Shown here one piece after another: positions 38,779 to 46,735 of a DNA stretch of 64,000 bases. A program made the translations under genes and the position numbers. The notes beneath the pieces are model-generated. The model was not told the origin of the DNA and searched no databases. It was given only the letters and a program-made list of their open reading frames with translations. Within the stretch, counting starts at the first letter, position 1; each line of letters opens with the position of its first letter. The stretch lies in IMG/VR virus record IMGVR_UViG_3300028883_000032, positions 62,001 to 126,000 of that record; one strand, written 5' to 3'.

Positions 38779-39796
38779 TTACTTTCCCATGAAAAATAGG
38801 TGGAGTTGATATGGAATGCAAGACAGCTCTACCAAGATTAGCCTTATCTATCTTCTTGTCTTTTGTAAGTATCTTTTCTCCTCTATCGAGGCCAATATCC
38901 CAATAATCTGTATATGTCATTGTTTTACGGTCTTTAGATATGGTACGGTAATAATCGCCTAAAGTTGAATGAGTTCCTAGGTGGCCACCGCTTCCCCTTG
39001 ATCCTGGGCCTATACGGCGACTAACGTTTGGTGTAAATACACCTTTATAGGAGTCTTTTTGTAGTTGATTGTGTTGATCTGTTCCCGGTTTGAAAGAGTA
39101 AGTGCCATCTTTGTTTTTCTGAATAAGCTTGTCAATAGTAGCTTTTGGCGCTACCGACTCTCTTGGCTTTAGCCCAAACATGCGCCGAGAAGCAAATTCT
39201 CTCACAGCCGCATCTTCATCAAGATGTTGTAAACTAGGTGCCCAATTTGGCTTATCCTTAATTACTGCTTCAACTGCACGCTTAAACCCCAAATCCTTGA
39301 TACTCTGCAACTTAAAGGTGGCATCATAGCCATAAGGTGATATTAAATTAGTTGTCACGCGACCTACAGCTTTTGGGCCCAATGTTCCTACAACTGCTCC
39401 GGTTACAGTACCTGTAATGGCGGCATCTCGTACGCGGCGTCTGTTAACTTTTTTTAGATCGCCAGTCAATGATTCAACACGCTTATCAGCAACATATTGG
39501 TCTATATTTGGTATGCGCTTCCCAAAAAATTTTACATCTTTTGGCCGATTAGCCTTTATATATTTTATCTGGCGCTTTATACCTTTAGCTTTGTTTGCAG
39601 TTAGAGCCAGAGAAGCTCCAGCCCCAAGAACACCTGGAACGGCATACTGGGCAGCACGGTGTGTAGCATTACGGGCTTTAATAGATGTAAGCATACTTTT
39701 CGCAGAGCGTGTTTCATCGCCTACGAGCTTAAGTTTACCTACTAAATCAGACGGTAGTATCATTCTAGTGTACTTTCTTTTGGGGTAAAAAAGCAA
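38765..39796 (-). CDS. Glycine-zipper protein with globular C-terminal domain
   Basis: GVLGAGASLA, GTVTGAVVG, then ISPYGY..HSTLGDY..YTDYWD..IFHGKV. Confidence 0.6.
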   Translation of the reverse strand: MLFYPKRKYTRMILPSDLVGKLKLVGDETRSAKSMLTSIKARNATHRAAQYAVPGVLGAGASLALTANKAKGIKRQIKYIKANRPKDVKFFGKRIPNIDQYVADKRVESLTGDLKKVNRRRVRDAAITGTVTGAVVGTLGPKAVGRVTTNLISPYGYDATFKLQSIKDLGFKRAVEAVIKDKPNWAPSLQHLDEDAAVREFASRRMFGLKPRESVAPKATIDKLIQKNKDGTYSFKPGTDQHNQLQKDSYKGVFTPNVSRRIGPGSRGSGGHLGTHSTLGDYYRTISKDRKTMTYTDYWDIGLDRGEKILTKDKKIDKANLGRAVLHSISTPPIFHGKVNARA

Positions 39797-39799
39797 GCA

Positions 39800-39964
39800 T
39801 CATTTAGAGATGCTTACTATCACCAAAGCCCCTGCTAGGGTTATAGTGACTATGGGCCAAGCGACACAAAACAAGTATACATTGACTTGCTGGTATGTCA
39901 TACCTGTGTGTTTTGAAACCCAATTCAAAGCATCAACACAGTTGTTAAAAGCTTTGTCTACCAT
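39800..39964 (-). CDS. Small membrane protein (54 aa, not in ORF track)
   Basis: GGAATAAGAT box and GGGAG SD; MVDKAFNNCVDALNWVSKHTGMTYQQVNVYLFCVAWPIVTITLAGALVIVSISK. Confidence 0.7.
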   Translation of the reverse strand: MVDKAFNNCVDALNWVSKHTGMTYQQVNVYLFCVAWPIVTITLAGALVIVSISK

Positions 39965-40131
39965 GATAGCATCTCCCGAGTTAGGTTATACTATCTTATT
40001 CCCTTATTCAACTTTAGTATTATTTCTTTTCCTTTTTACCCGAAGAGCGTTGAATGGTATTTTTTGTTTCATTAAAAACTCTTGTTCCTCGGGATTGGTC
40101 TATCGGTTTTGGCATAGATTCCTTCCCTGTT

Positions 40132-40395
40132 CTAAATATACGCACAGAGCGGGTCCATTGTCCAGTATTTTCTATCCTGCGGGTTATACTGTGTAAATAA
40201 AGAGAATGGTTTAGCTGCGGTCTTTTTAAACCCCCAACGCCTTAATGATTTAACTGGCGCACTTGTTGGTATTTCAGTGAGGGGCAGCCTCATGGCTTCC
40301 CTCATGTGATTTCCAGCAGATTCCCAATCACCGGCTGTTCTTGCCGCCTTGGCTTTTGTTATAAGTTCAGTAAACTTGGGGTTGAGATTTGGCAT
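40132..40395 (-). CDS. hypothetical protein
   Basis: ORF with KKTAA motif. Confidence 0.5.
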   Translation of the reverse strand: MPNLNPKFTELITKAKAARTAGDWESAGNHMREAMRLPLTEIPTSAPVKSLRRWGFKKTAAKPFSLFTQYNPQDRKYWTMDPLCAYI

Positions 40396-40432
40396 AAGAA
40401 GGTAATCCTTACAAACTTACCCGGGAGGTAAG

Positions 40433-40693
40433 ATGTTCATGTTAATTGTTATAAACCTGATTGCCGTTTTTGGCTTAGTCGGGGGCTTACTGTTGCTGGT
40501 AAAGCATGAAGGAGAAGCTGTGGGCATTAAACAATGCCTTTCTGAATTAAATAATAAGTATACTGCTTTGGCGCGATTAAACGAAATCGCTCGTAAGCGG
40601 AAAACTATTAACGGTGTTATCTGGTTAAGCGGCGGCGTCTACCTATTCTTTCTCTATCATTTCATATTGGTTGTGCATAATTATCTGGCATAA
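40433..40693 (+). CDS. Small island membrane protein
   Basis: GGCATAAGAA box at 40391, GGGAGG SD, two TM segments. Confidence 0.75.
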   Translation: MFMLIVINLIAVFGLVGGLLLLVKHEGEAVGIKQCLSELNNKYTALARLNEIARKRKTINGVIWLSGGVYLFFLYHFILVVHNYLA

Positions 40694-40701
40694 GAATATA
40701 T

Positions 40702-40897
40702 GGTGATCTCGGACCTAGTCTTATGCACCGATCGCGCCTCGTGCCTGTTTTCCTTGGACGGGCCCAGGTAAAAAGTCACCCCGTGTATAACCGCATGGTT
40801 AGCCAAATCGGTGTAAGACAATGATCCGTGTTACCACACTTTTGGCGCTCTCGACGTTTTGGCTACGGCCAATCTGTCGGTTGCGTCAAATTTTTTT
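40702..40897 (+). ncRNA. Structured ncRNA candidate
   Basis: 13-bp WC stem 40718-40732/40807-40819, outer GGTGA/TTACC, 3' hairpin with UACG tetraloop and T7. Confidence 0.55.
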
Positions 40898-41273
40898 AGC
40901 CCCTAGGAGACTGAAAATAAGGAGTACGCGACATAGTATTTGCGGCTGCTTGTATTGCCTCTGCTTGTGCCATTGCTTCACGGTGCTGACGCATGGTTTC
41001 CTGATGCTTCTGTAAAGCAGTTGCATGGCGAGCATCCTTACGAGCTAATTGGCGAGTTATCTCATTAATAGCCTTATATTTAGATAGGGCAGGGGCCATA
41101 CCCAATGTTGGTATTCCCGTCATTATTGGGTGTCTTAATGGAAGACGTTTGTTGTATTGCTGTGTAATCATCTGGCGCACAACAGGCTCATCTTCATCAC
41201 CAAAATACGTGCCAATATTATCTTCAACATCGGACATGTTGAGAGTACGCGCTTCTTTGAAAAATGGGATCAT
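40896..41273 (-). CDS. Putative virion protein
   Basis: FFKEART N-terminus, GIPTLGMAPAL. Confidence 0.55.
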   Translation of the reverse strand: MIPFFKEARTLNMSDVEDNIGTYFGDEDEPVVRQMITQQYNKRLPLRHPIMTGIPTLGMAPALSKYKAINEITRQLARKDARHATALQKHQETMRQHREAMAQAEAIQAAANTMSRTPYFQSPRG

Positions 41274-41329
41274 TAGTCCTTCCTTATTTACATATTTGCG
41301 GGGTTAAATTTGGAATAAGATAGTAACAT

Positions 41330-41498
41330 TAAGGCCTATGTCCTGTGAGCACAGGATGAAATCTCTAAAGACGGATTTAATCTCCGTCGGTGGCGCCCCA
41401 ACCAAATGAGTCAACCAAACGGATTGAACATTTGGACATCGGGAGGATAGAGGGCCGAGATTATTTGCTCCGGGTGTAGCGCCAGCACCTGTTTTTTT
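41330..41498 (+). ncRNA. Multi-hairpin ncRNA candidate
   Basis: After GGAATAAGAT; hairpins TCCTGTG/CACAGGA, GACGGA/TCCGTC, CCAAATG/CATTTGG; T tract; only very short ORFs. Confidence 0.4.
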
Positions 41499-41543
41499 GG
41501 TATAAGAAATTACATGTTCACATTTAACGTTAAAGGGAAAACT

Positions 41544-41990
41544 ATGTCTCAACAAGTTAAAATTGCTTTATTTAGTTTGGTACCATTGACCCTTCTTACT
41601 GCTATTATTGTGTTTACAAGTATTAGCAACCTGTGGCTGTGGTATGTCATTTTGTCTCTGGCATCAGTGGCCTATTTTGTTTACAATTACAAGAACGATA
41701 TGGTATCTCAAATTATATTGCCAAAAATTAGTAACAGCACACGATGGATATTCAGTTCGGTTCAAACAATTAGCATGCTATTTATAATGGCATCATCTCC
41801 ATTTAGCTGGTTGCTGCTATTAGGTCTTTTCATTTTTATGTGGACTTTAGTGCTGTCTGCAACCACTATATACCTACACGCTTTGACGGAACTCTACAAA
41901 CTGTCTCAAAACCCTGAATCCCAAGCGGAAGAGCTTGAAAAGTTTGTGGAAGCCTTCCGGCTCGATTTCCTTTTAAAAAGGAATTTTTAG
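41544..41990 (+). CDS. Island multi-pass membrane protein
   Basis: GGTATAAGAA box at 41499; four hydrophobic segments. Confidence 0.75.
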   Translation: MSQQVKIALFSLVPLTLLTAIIVFTSISNLWLWYVILSLASVAYFVYNYKNDMVSQIILPKISNSTRWIFSSVQTISMLFIMASSPFSWLLLLGLFIFMWTLVLSATTIYLHALTELYKLSQNPESQAEELEKFVEAFRLDFLLKRNF

Positions 41991-42088
41991 TATCATGGGC
42001 CGGGTAACTGGCCTATTTTTTAGCCTAAAAATGGTATAAGATAATATAGGATGTTACTATATCCTTGCGGGCCATTTCCCTAGTCGGC

Positions 42089-42209
42089 TTACCCAGTTGA
42101 CTGTTCGCGAGAGCAGCGATGCGCGCTGCGAAGCATCCAAAGGTGCTAAAAAGCACGGACTTGTGCACAAGTCCATGGGTAAACAACCGTTGATGCTACG
42201 GTTGTTTTT
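42089..42209 (+). ncRNA. Multi-way-junction ncRNA candidate
   Basis: Closing TTACCCA/TGGGTAA, GCGA tetraloop hairpin, GTGCT-AAAA-AGCAC, 18-bp palindrome GGACTTGTGCACAAGTCC, terminator. Confidence 0.55.
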
Positions 42210-42651
42210 AGTCCAAATAAACATGAGCTGGGTCACCATTTTTATCCCAAACTTTGGGATCCTTCATTAATTGACTTATCAGTTTCGGAGCACCTTTGAC
42301 ACGTGCACGTATGAAAGCACTACCGTCGCCATCAACACTCAGTTTTAATTCCCTTGACGACCCTGAAGAACAACACCAATTGATGTGCCCTAAATGTTTT
42401 AACAGATTAATAATATTACCCTTACCACCGATTATTTCTACGGTGATCTTTGTATCCGTTTGATTAAACCCAAATTTTTTTAACACTTTGCCTACGTCGG
42501 CCCAAGTTGTAGCAGTAGTATCCACAGGCTTAAAAGCTCTAGCTATATCATTTGGACTAGTAGTTAACTTTCCTAAAATGTAACCATGTGTTTTTAACTT
42601 CTGCGAAGTTGTCATTTTAGGTATTGCTTCTATTAATCTGTCTGGTGACAT
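42208..42651 (-). CDS. hypothetical protein
   Basis: ORF in - strand operon. Confidence 0.6.
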   Translation of the reverse strand: MSPDRLIEAIPKMTTSQKLKTHGYILGKLTTSPNDIARAFKPVDTTATTWADVGKVLKKFGFNQTDTKITVEIIGGKGNIINLLKHLGHINWCCSSGSSRELKLSVDGDGSAFIRARVKGAPKLISQLMKDPKVWDKNGDPAHVYLD

Positions 42652-42659
42652 CTTTTATC

Positions 42660-43109
42660 TTACTGTGAGTTTGATTTTAGGCCTATTGTTGCTAAAGCAC
42701 CAAGTCCTAATACAGGAGCAATAGTGTTTAATTGTCCTCTGGCGGCAATCATTTTTTTTATGCCTGCCAAGCGTTTTGTGGATGCCAAGTCACCTACAAA
42801 AGCTCCAGCTATACCCCCACCCATAAGCCCGTGTAATGGCGGTTCATTACGTATTAAGCTGGTATTTCCTCCAATAACAGCTCCTAATCCGGCGCCTACT
42901 GATCTTCTATTATTTACTACTTTTAGATCAGACCGTATTTCTTTTGCAAGTTGATTAGATCTTAATGCCGCTCCGGTCGCCCCTGCTGCTAGTCCTAGAC
43001 CGGTACCTGTCATAATTCTATCTTTCTTCTTTAATATCTTCCCCAAACGCTTTGTCTCCCCTTCAGAGGGATCGGCGTAGGCACCTACTTTAAAAAATGG
43101 TACTTTCAT
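42660..43109 (-). CDS. Glycine-zipper putative virion protein
   Basis: GTGLGLAAGATG, GAGLGAVIGG, GGGIAGAFVG, VLGLGALATIG. Confidence 0.6.
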   Translation of the reverse strand: MKVPFFKVGAYADPSEGETKRLGKILKKKDRIMTGTGLGLAAGATGAALRSNQLAKEIRSDLKVVNNRRSVGAGLGAVIGGNTSLIRNEPPLHGLMGGGIAGAFVGDLASTKRLAGIKKMIAARGQLNTIAPVLGLGALATIGLKSNSQ

Positions 43110-43287
43110 GTTTACACACCGTTGTATAAAATTATATAAGACCTTTTCAAAAATATAAAAAAATTATAAAATTTCGATGGGTCCCTAGGGCAGCTCTTAA
43201 AGGTACGTTCCTACTATGTGGTAAGATACGGTTAGAGATACCGGTATGGGTTTCTGACAAGTTGTTGGTTTGCAGTAAGCATGCTTT

Positions 43288-43488
43288 TTAAAAAAAAGTT
43301 GGTTTGTGTCTTTCGTCCTTAAGATTAACACTTTCCACATAAGGAGGAACCTCAATCTTAACGCCTGTACTACCAAACCCCAAACTACTTAATTTTATTG
43401 GGGTTAGGGAATCATTGGCATTCACAACAGCACCTAATGTATACGCATTATATGCATCATAATCTCTAATACTATTGTTTACGTACAT
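43288..43488 (-). CDS. hypothetical protein
   Basis: Follows previous gene; ends at a T8 run. Confidence 0.45.
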   Translation of the reverse strand: MYVNNSIRDYDAYNAYTLGAVVNANDSLTPIKLSSLGFGSTGVKIEVPPYVESVNLKDERHKPTFF

Positions 43489-43490
43489 GT

Positions 43491-43868
43491 TTACCTCGGT
43501 CTGTAGTAACTACTACGCTGATAGCGTCTATTGGCAGCAAAGCCCAATGCACCCATACCACCTACACCAATACCTACACCTAACCCAATCTTTCCCCAAT
43601 TACTTGGTTTGGGCATAGATGTGGCCCCTTTGGCAGCATTTTGTACATCATTCACTGTTGTTACGAATTTCTTACCAAGTCTGCCTGCACGATCAATGGC
43701 CCCTTCTGGATTACGCCACAATCCACCTATTGCATTACGTAGTTTAAGGCCAGCAGCCTCTCCGCTGCCTATTCCACCGAATAAAGTCTTAAAAAAGCCC
43801 CCTACGTGTTCACCTGCTGCTGCGGGCATTTTTAAAGCTGTTTTTTCAAATCCTGCTTCTTTTAACAT
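43491..43868 (-). CDS. Glycine-zipper putative virion protein (start at MLKEAG)
   Basis: GGAG SD; KEAG, EKTA; C-terminal GLGVGIGVGGMGALG plus basic tail. Confidence 0.6.
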   Translation of the reverse strand: MLKEAGFEKTALKMPAAAGEHVGGFFKTLFGGIGSGEAAGLKLRNAIGGLWRNPEGAIDRAGRLGKKFVTTVNDVQNAAKGATSMPKPSNWGKIGLGVGIGVGGMGALGFAANRRYQRSSYYRPR

Positions 43869-43896
43869 GTTGTTTTCTCCATATATGGCATAAGAA

Positions 43897-44010
43897 TGTG
43901 TTAAGTTGCCGAGTACAAATTCCCGAGTAACCGGCATATTCCTGAAAATACTCTCACCAACTCCTTTTGGGGTTGGATTGTGTTCTTCTCCTGGAATATG
44001 TCGGTTTTTA
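43897..44010 (+). ncRNA. Short hairpin RNA candidate
   Basis: After GGCATAAGAA; 12-bp stem 43931-43942/43993-44004 enclosing CCAACTCC-TTTT-GGGGTTGG; T tract. Confidence 0.35.
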
Positions 44011-44068
44011 GCCCAATTTGCGGGTGTTTTAGGGGAATAAGATAGTGTGAGAGTAGTTTAATACCATT

Positions 44069-44485
44069 ATGTACAAGGAGAAGAACATGAGTTTGTTTCG
44101 GAAGACCGCGCCCCCGCCTTCAAGGTGGGAAAAAGTAAGAGTCGGAACAATTGACACCGTGAAGACCCATGGCCCGGGTGCCGCAATCGGAGCGGCAACC
44201 ACACTAGGACTGGTATTGGCTGTAAAATTCAAGAACCGGATCAAGGGTACTCCCTACAATCTACCCGAAAACCGTCTCGAATTGTTCCCGGAGGGTAAAA
44301 TCCGAGACCTCGTGGAGTATTGCGCGAGGCCGGATGTTCAGGACTGGCCAGATGAAGTCTGGCTCCGGTTGAGCGACGGTCACGCCAACTTCAATAAAAT
44401 GAAGGGGATCTGTCGCGATCTCTTCGGTGATCGTACCGTGGATTCATACCTGGAAGCTCAAAAAACCGCGGAAGTTCCGAAGTAG
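44069..44485 (+). CDS. Island protein with one hydrophobic helix (likely start 44087)
   Basis: GGAATAAGAT box, AAGGAG SD, downstream terminator about 44500-44537. Confidence 0.75.
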   Translation: MYKEKNMSLFRKTAPPPSRWEKVRVGTIDTVKTHGPGAAIGAATTLGLVLAVKFKNRIKGTPYNLPENRLELFPEGKIRDLVEYCARPDVQDWPDEVWLRLSDGHANFNKMKGICRDLFGDRTVDSYLEAQKTAEVPK

Positions 44486-44669
44486 TTGTGTGTCGAGCAA
44501 AAGTGGGTTAGTGCTTATGTGCTAACCTGCTTTTTTAGCCCAACCCACAACTTTTTTTGCCACTCTATAGGAACCACGATTCAACCACATAACTTTGCTT
44601 GCGACCCCAGGGAATAATGCAGCTCTCAACTACTTATTATTCAGGAATTTGCTTGTCAATGAACTATGG

Positions 44670-45293
44670 CTACAGTAATTTTGTCTTTAAATTATTGATA
44701 ATGCTTCGTAATTTATCCATTCTATGAGCTTTTGCAATCCGCTCTGCTTTTGTAGGTCCTAAAGCTAATGCCGCGAGCATTCCCACAAAAGCACCTTTTT
44801 CAGGTTTTCCACCATCATCTTTAAGATAGTATCCAGTGAGAGCACCCGCGCCTGCCCCAATTCCCAGCCGTTGAGCTAAACTAGCAAATTTAGTAGGAAA
44901 TTTACCTAAATCTTCTAACCCTTTTTTACCAACAGTAGACGGTAACGAGGGCTTACCAACAACTTTCGCTCCTTGTCTAGATATTGCCGCAGCATGTGCT
45001 ATTCCTCCCCCAGGAGGCGTTAACCATGCTACTGCGGCATTTTCTACAGCATTTAGTGGCCAAGCATGACGTGTGCCGTATACGTATCTAGCCCTCTCAC
45101 CTAAATTACTACTAGCTGCAGCTGTTAGTATGTTACTTTTTGATCTAACAGCACTAACCATCTCCTTAATAGGCATGGCAGTAGCTAAATTAGGAGTATC
45201 CTTTAGAATTTTAGTGATTCTCGACGTTGAAAACCCCAATTTAGTTAAATTAGGCATCAAGGACCTCAATATAATAGTTCTTTTTATTATCAT
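44670..45293 (-). CDS. Glycine-zipper putative virion protein
   Basis: TKFAS then LGIGAGAGALTG, GAFVGMLAALALG. Confidence 0.55.
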   Translation of the reverse strand: MIIKRTIILRSLMPNLTKLGFSTSRITKILKDTPNLATAMPIKEMVSAVRSKSNILTAAASSNLGERARYVYGTRHAWPLNAVENAAVAWLTPPGGGIAHAAAISRQGAKVVGKPSLPSTVGKKGLEDLGKFPTKFASLAQRLGIGAGAGALTGYYLKDDGGKPEKGAFVGMLAALALGPTKAERIAKAHRMDKLRSIINNLKTKLL

Positions 45294-45663
45294 GACGAAG
45301 TAAATACTTTGATTTACCTATATCAAACCTAATTCCTTTGTCATCTATGCTCGGAATATTGGCATTCCCTTTGGATAATAGCTTTTTTCTTTGAAACCCT
45401 GTGCGTGAGACAAACTCTCCACTAAAATCCATATCACTACGTAGATGATCTTTGGTGCGACGTGCTTTTGTGGGTCCACCTCTAAAAGGAACAGTCTTAG
45501 TAGACCATGAGTATGCTAATGACTCATTAGGCGGAGACAACATCAAGTCATAATGAATGCCATTACGTGTTTTATGGGCATGCAACGAGTACTTCCACTC
45601 TTTATTGGTAAGATTGGATACTATCGGTGTATACTTCTTATCAAACATGAATGCATTATCCAT
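45250..45663 (-). CDS. Stand-alone LigD-type 3'-phosphoesterase domain, partly degenerate
   Basis: LHAH, IHYDLML, AYSWS, KDH, MDFSG. Confidence 0.7.
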   Translation of the reverse strand: MDNAFMFDKKYTPIVSNLTNKEWKYSLHAHKTRNGIHYDLMLSPPNESLAYSWSTKTVPFRGGPTKARRTKDHLRSDMDFSGEFVSRTGFQRKKLLSKGNANIPSIDDKGIRFDIGKSKYLLRHDNKKNYYIEVLDA

Positions 45664-45677
45664 TACACACCTTTAAT

Positions 45678-45893
45678 CTATTTATAGCCTCTGGTAAAAA
45701 CTTTAGCTTCAATAGCAAAACTTGGTTCATCCATGTCACCTATGTCTTCACCAACATGGTTATCACAATGGTGATTAGAGCAGTAACAATGGTAATCACA
45801 ATACTCTAAGGTAGGAGAATTGTTAACTACTATTAAAGAACCACATACACGACACAAAAGCTTACTTTTGGGCCAAAACCAAGAACTAGTCAT
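45678..45893 (-). CDS. small Cys/His-rich protein
   Basis: CRVC..HCYCSNHHC. Confidence 0.6.
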   Translation of the reverse strand: MTSSWFWPKSKLLCRVCGSLIVVNNSPTLEYCDYHCYCSNHHCDNHVGEDIGDMDEPSFAIEAKVFTRGYK

Positions 45894-45895
45894 TA

Positions 45896-46096
45896 CTATG
45901 CCCCTCCCATCATATAGGGGTCCTGGTGCTTCCAGAATAACCCATAGTCACCTTCACACTCATTGAATATGAAGTCTTCATCTTTATCAGCGTCTTTACT
46001 CAATGATTCCTCAGTATACACTCTATTATTTACACTTGGAACACCGGCTTTAATCACAATGCCATGATAACGGTATAAATCTTCTGCCATATTCAT
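45896..46096 (-). CDS. hypothetical protein
   Basis: AGVPSVNNRVYTEESL motif. Confidence 0.55.
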   Translation of the reverse strand: MNMAEDLYRYHGIVIKAGVPSVNNRVYTEESLSKDADKDEDFIFNECEGDYGLFWKHQDPYMMGGA

Positions 46097-46569
46097 TATC
46101 TATCCAATAGGTCCACAGTGTTATTAAATATAGATTCCAATGTATCACCAAACCCAAAACGCTCTTTATTTATTTTTATACTTTTTCGTAAGTTGCCATC
46201 GTTGTGACGCATTGTTGCGGCTTTCCAATCACAAAACATTTCAACGATGTCTATCAAATTCATGTCTTTTATACCATTTTCAAAATGCTCTGGGTGGTGT
46301 CTGTTGTTAGCATAATGATGGTCAAGAGCAGATTGCATATCTTTCAAATAACCTTTATACTCATCACTACCATATGTGCAATCTTTTAATTTCGGAGTAT
46401 ATTCATTAAACGTTGCTAATTCGGGATCTTGTAATTTACTCGAATCGTGCCAAGGCCCACGTTCACTTATTAAGTGAACAATTTCCCTCATAAATTTATT
46501 TACATTACGTATATGTTCCTGTGTTTCAGGCTTGCTATCGTAATCATTTACAGTATCTGCTGTGTTCAA
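46096..46569 (-). CDS. DUF5662-like HD-domain protein
   Basis: TQEHI..WHDSSKL..HHYANNRHHPEHF..EMFCDW. Confidence 0.85.
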   Translation of the reverse strand: MNTADTVNDYDSKPETQEHIRNVNKFMREIVHLISERGPWHDSSKLQDPELATFNEYTPKLKDCTYGSDEYKGYLKDMQSALDHHYANNRHHPEHFENGIKDMNLIDIVEMFCDWKAATMRHNDGNLRKSIKINKERFGFGDTLESIFNNTVDLLDR

Positions 46570-46729
46570 AGTATTCTACTGGTTCATTTTTATCGCGGCA
46601 GCTTAATATTTGAAATGTATTATTATAAAGCCTAAATACTTTATTTTTAACTATTTTAGTTATAGCGTCCGCAATTTTATCACATTCTTTGTCTGATACA
46701 TCGTATAAATCTAATGTCATTCTACACAC
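46544..46729 (-). CDS. hypothetical protein
   Basis: Short ORF linking neighbours. Confidence 0.45.
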   Translation of the reverse strand: MCRMTLDLYDVSDKECDKIADAITKIVKNKVFRLYNNTFQILSCRDKNEPVEYFEHSRYCK

Positions 46730-46735
46730 AGTTTA

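Noticed and set aside
39417-40196. ORFs 39417-39788 (+) and 39810-40196 (+)
   Set aside because: Antisense shadows of better-supported - strand genes
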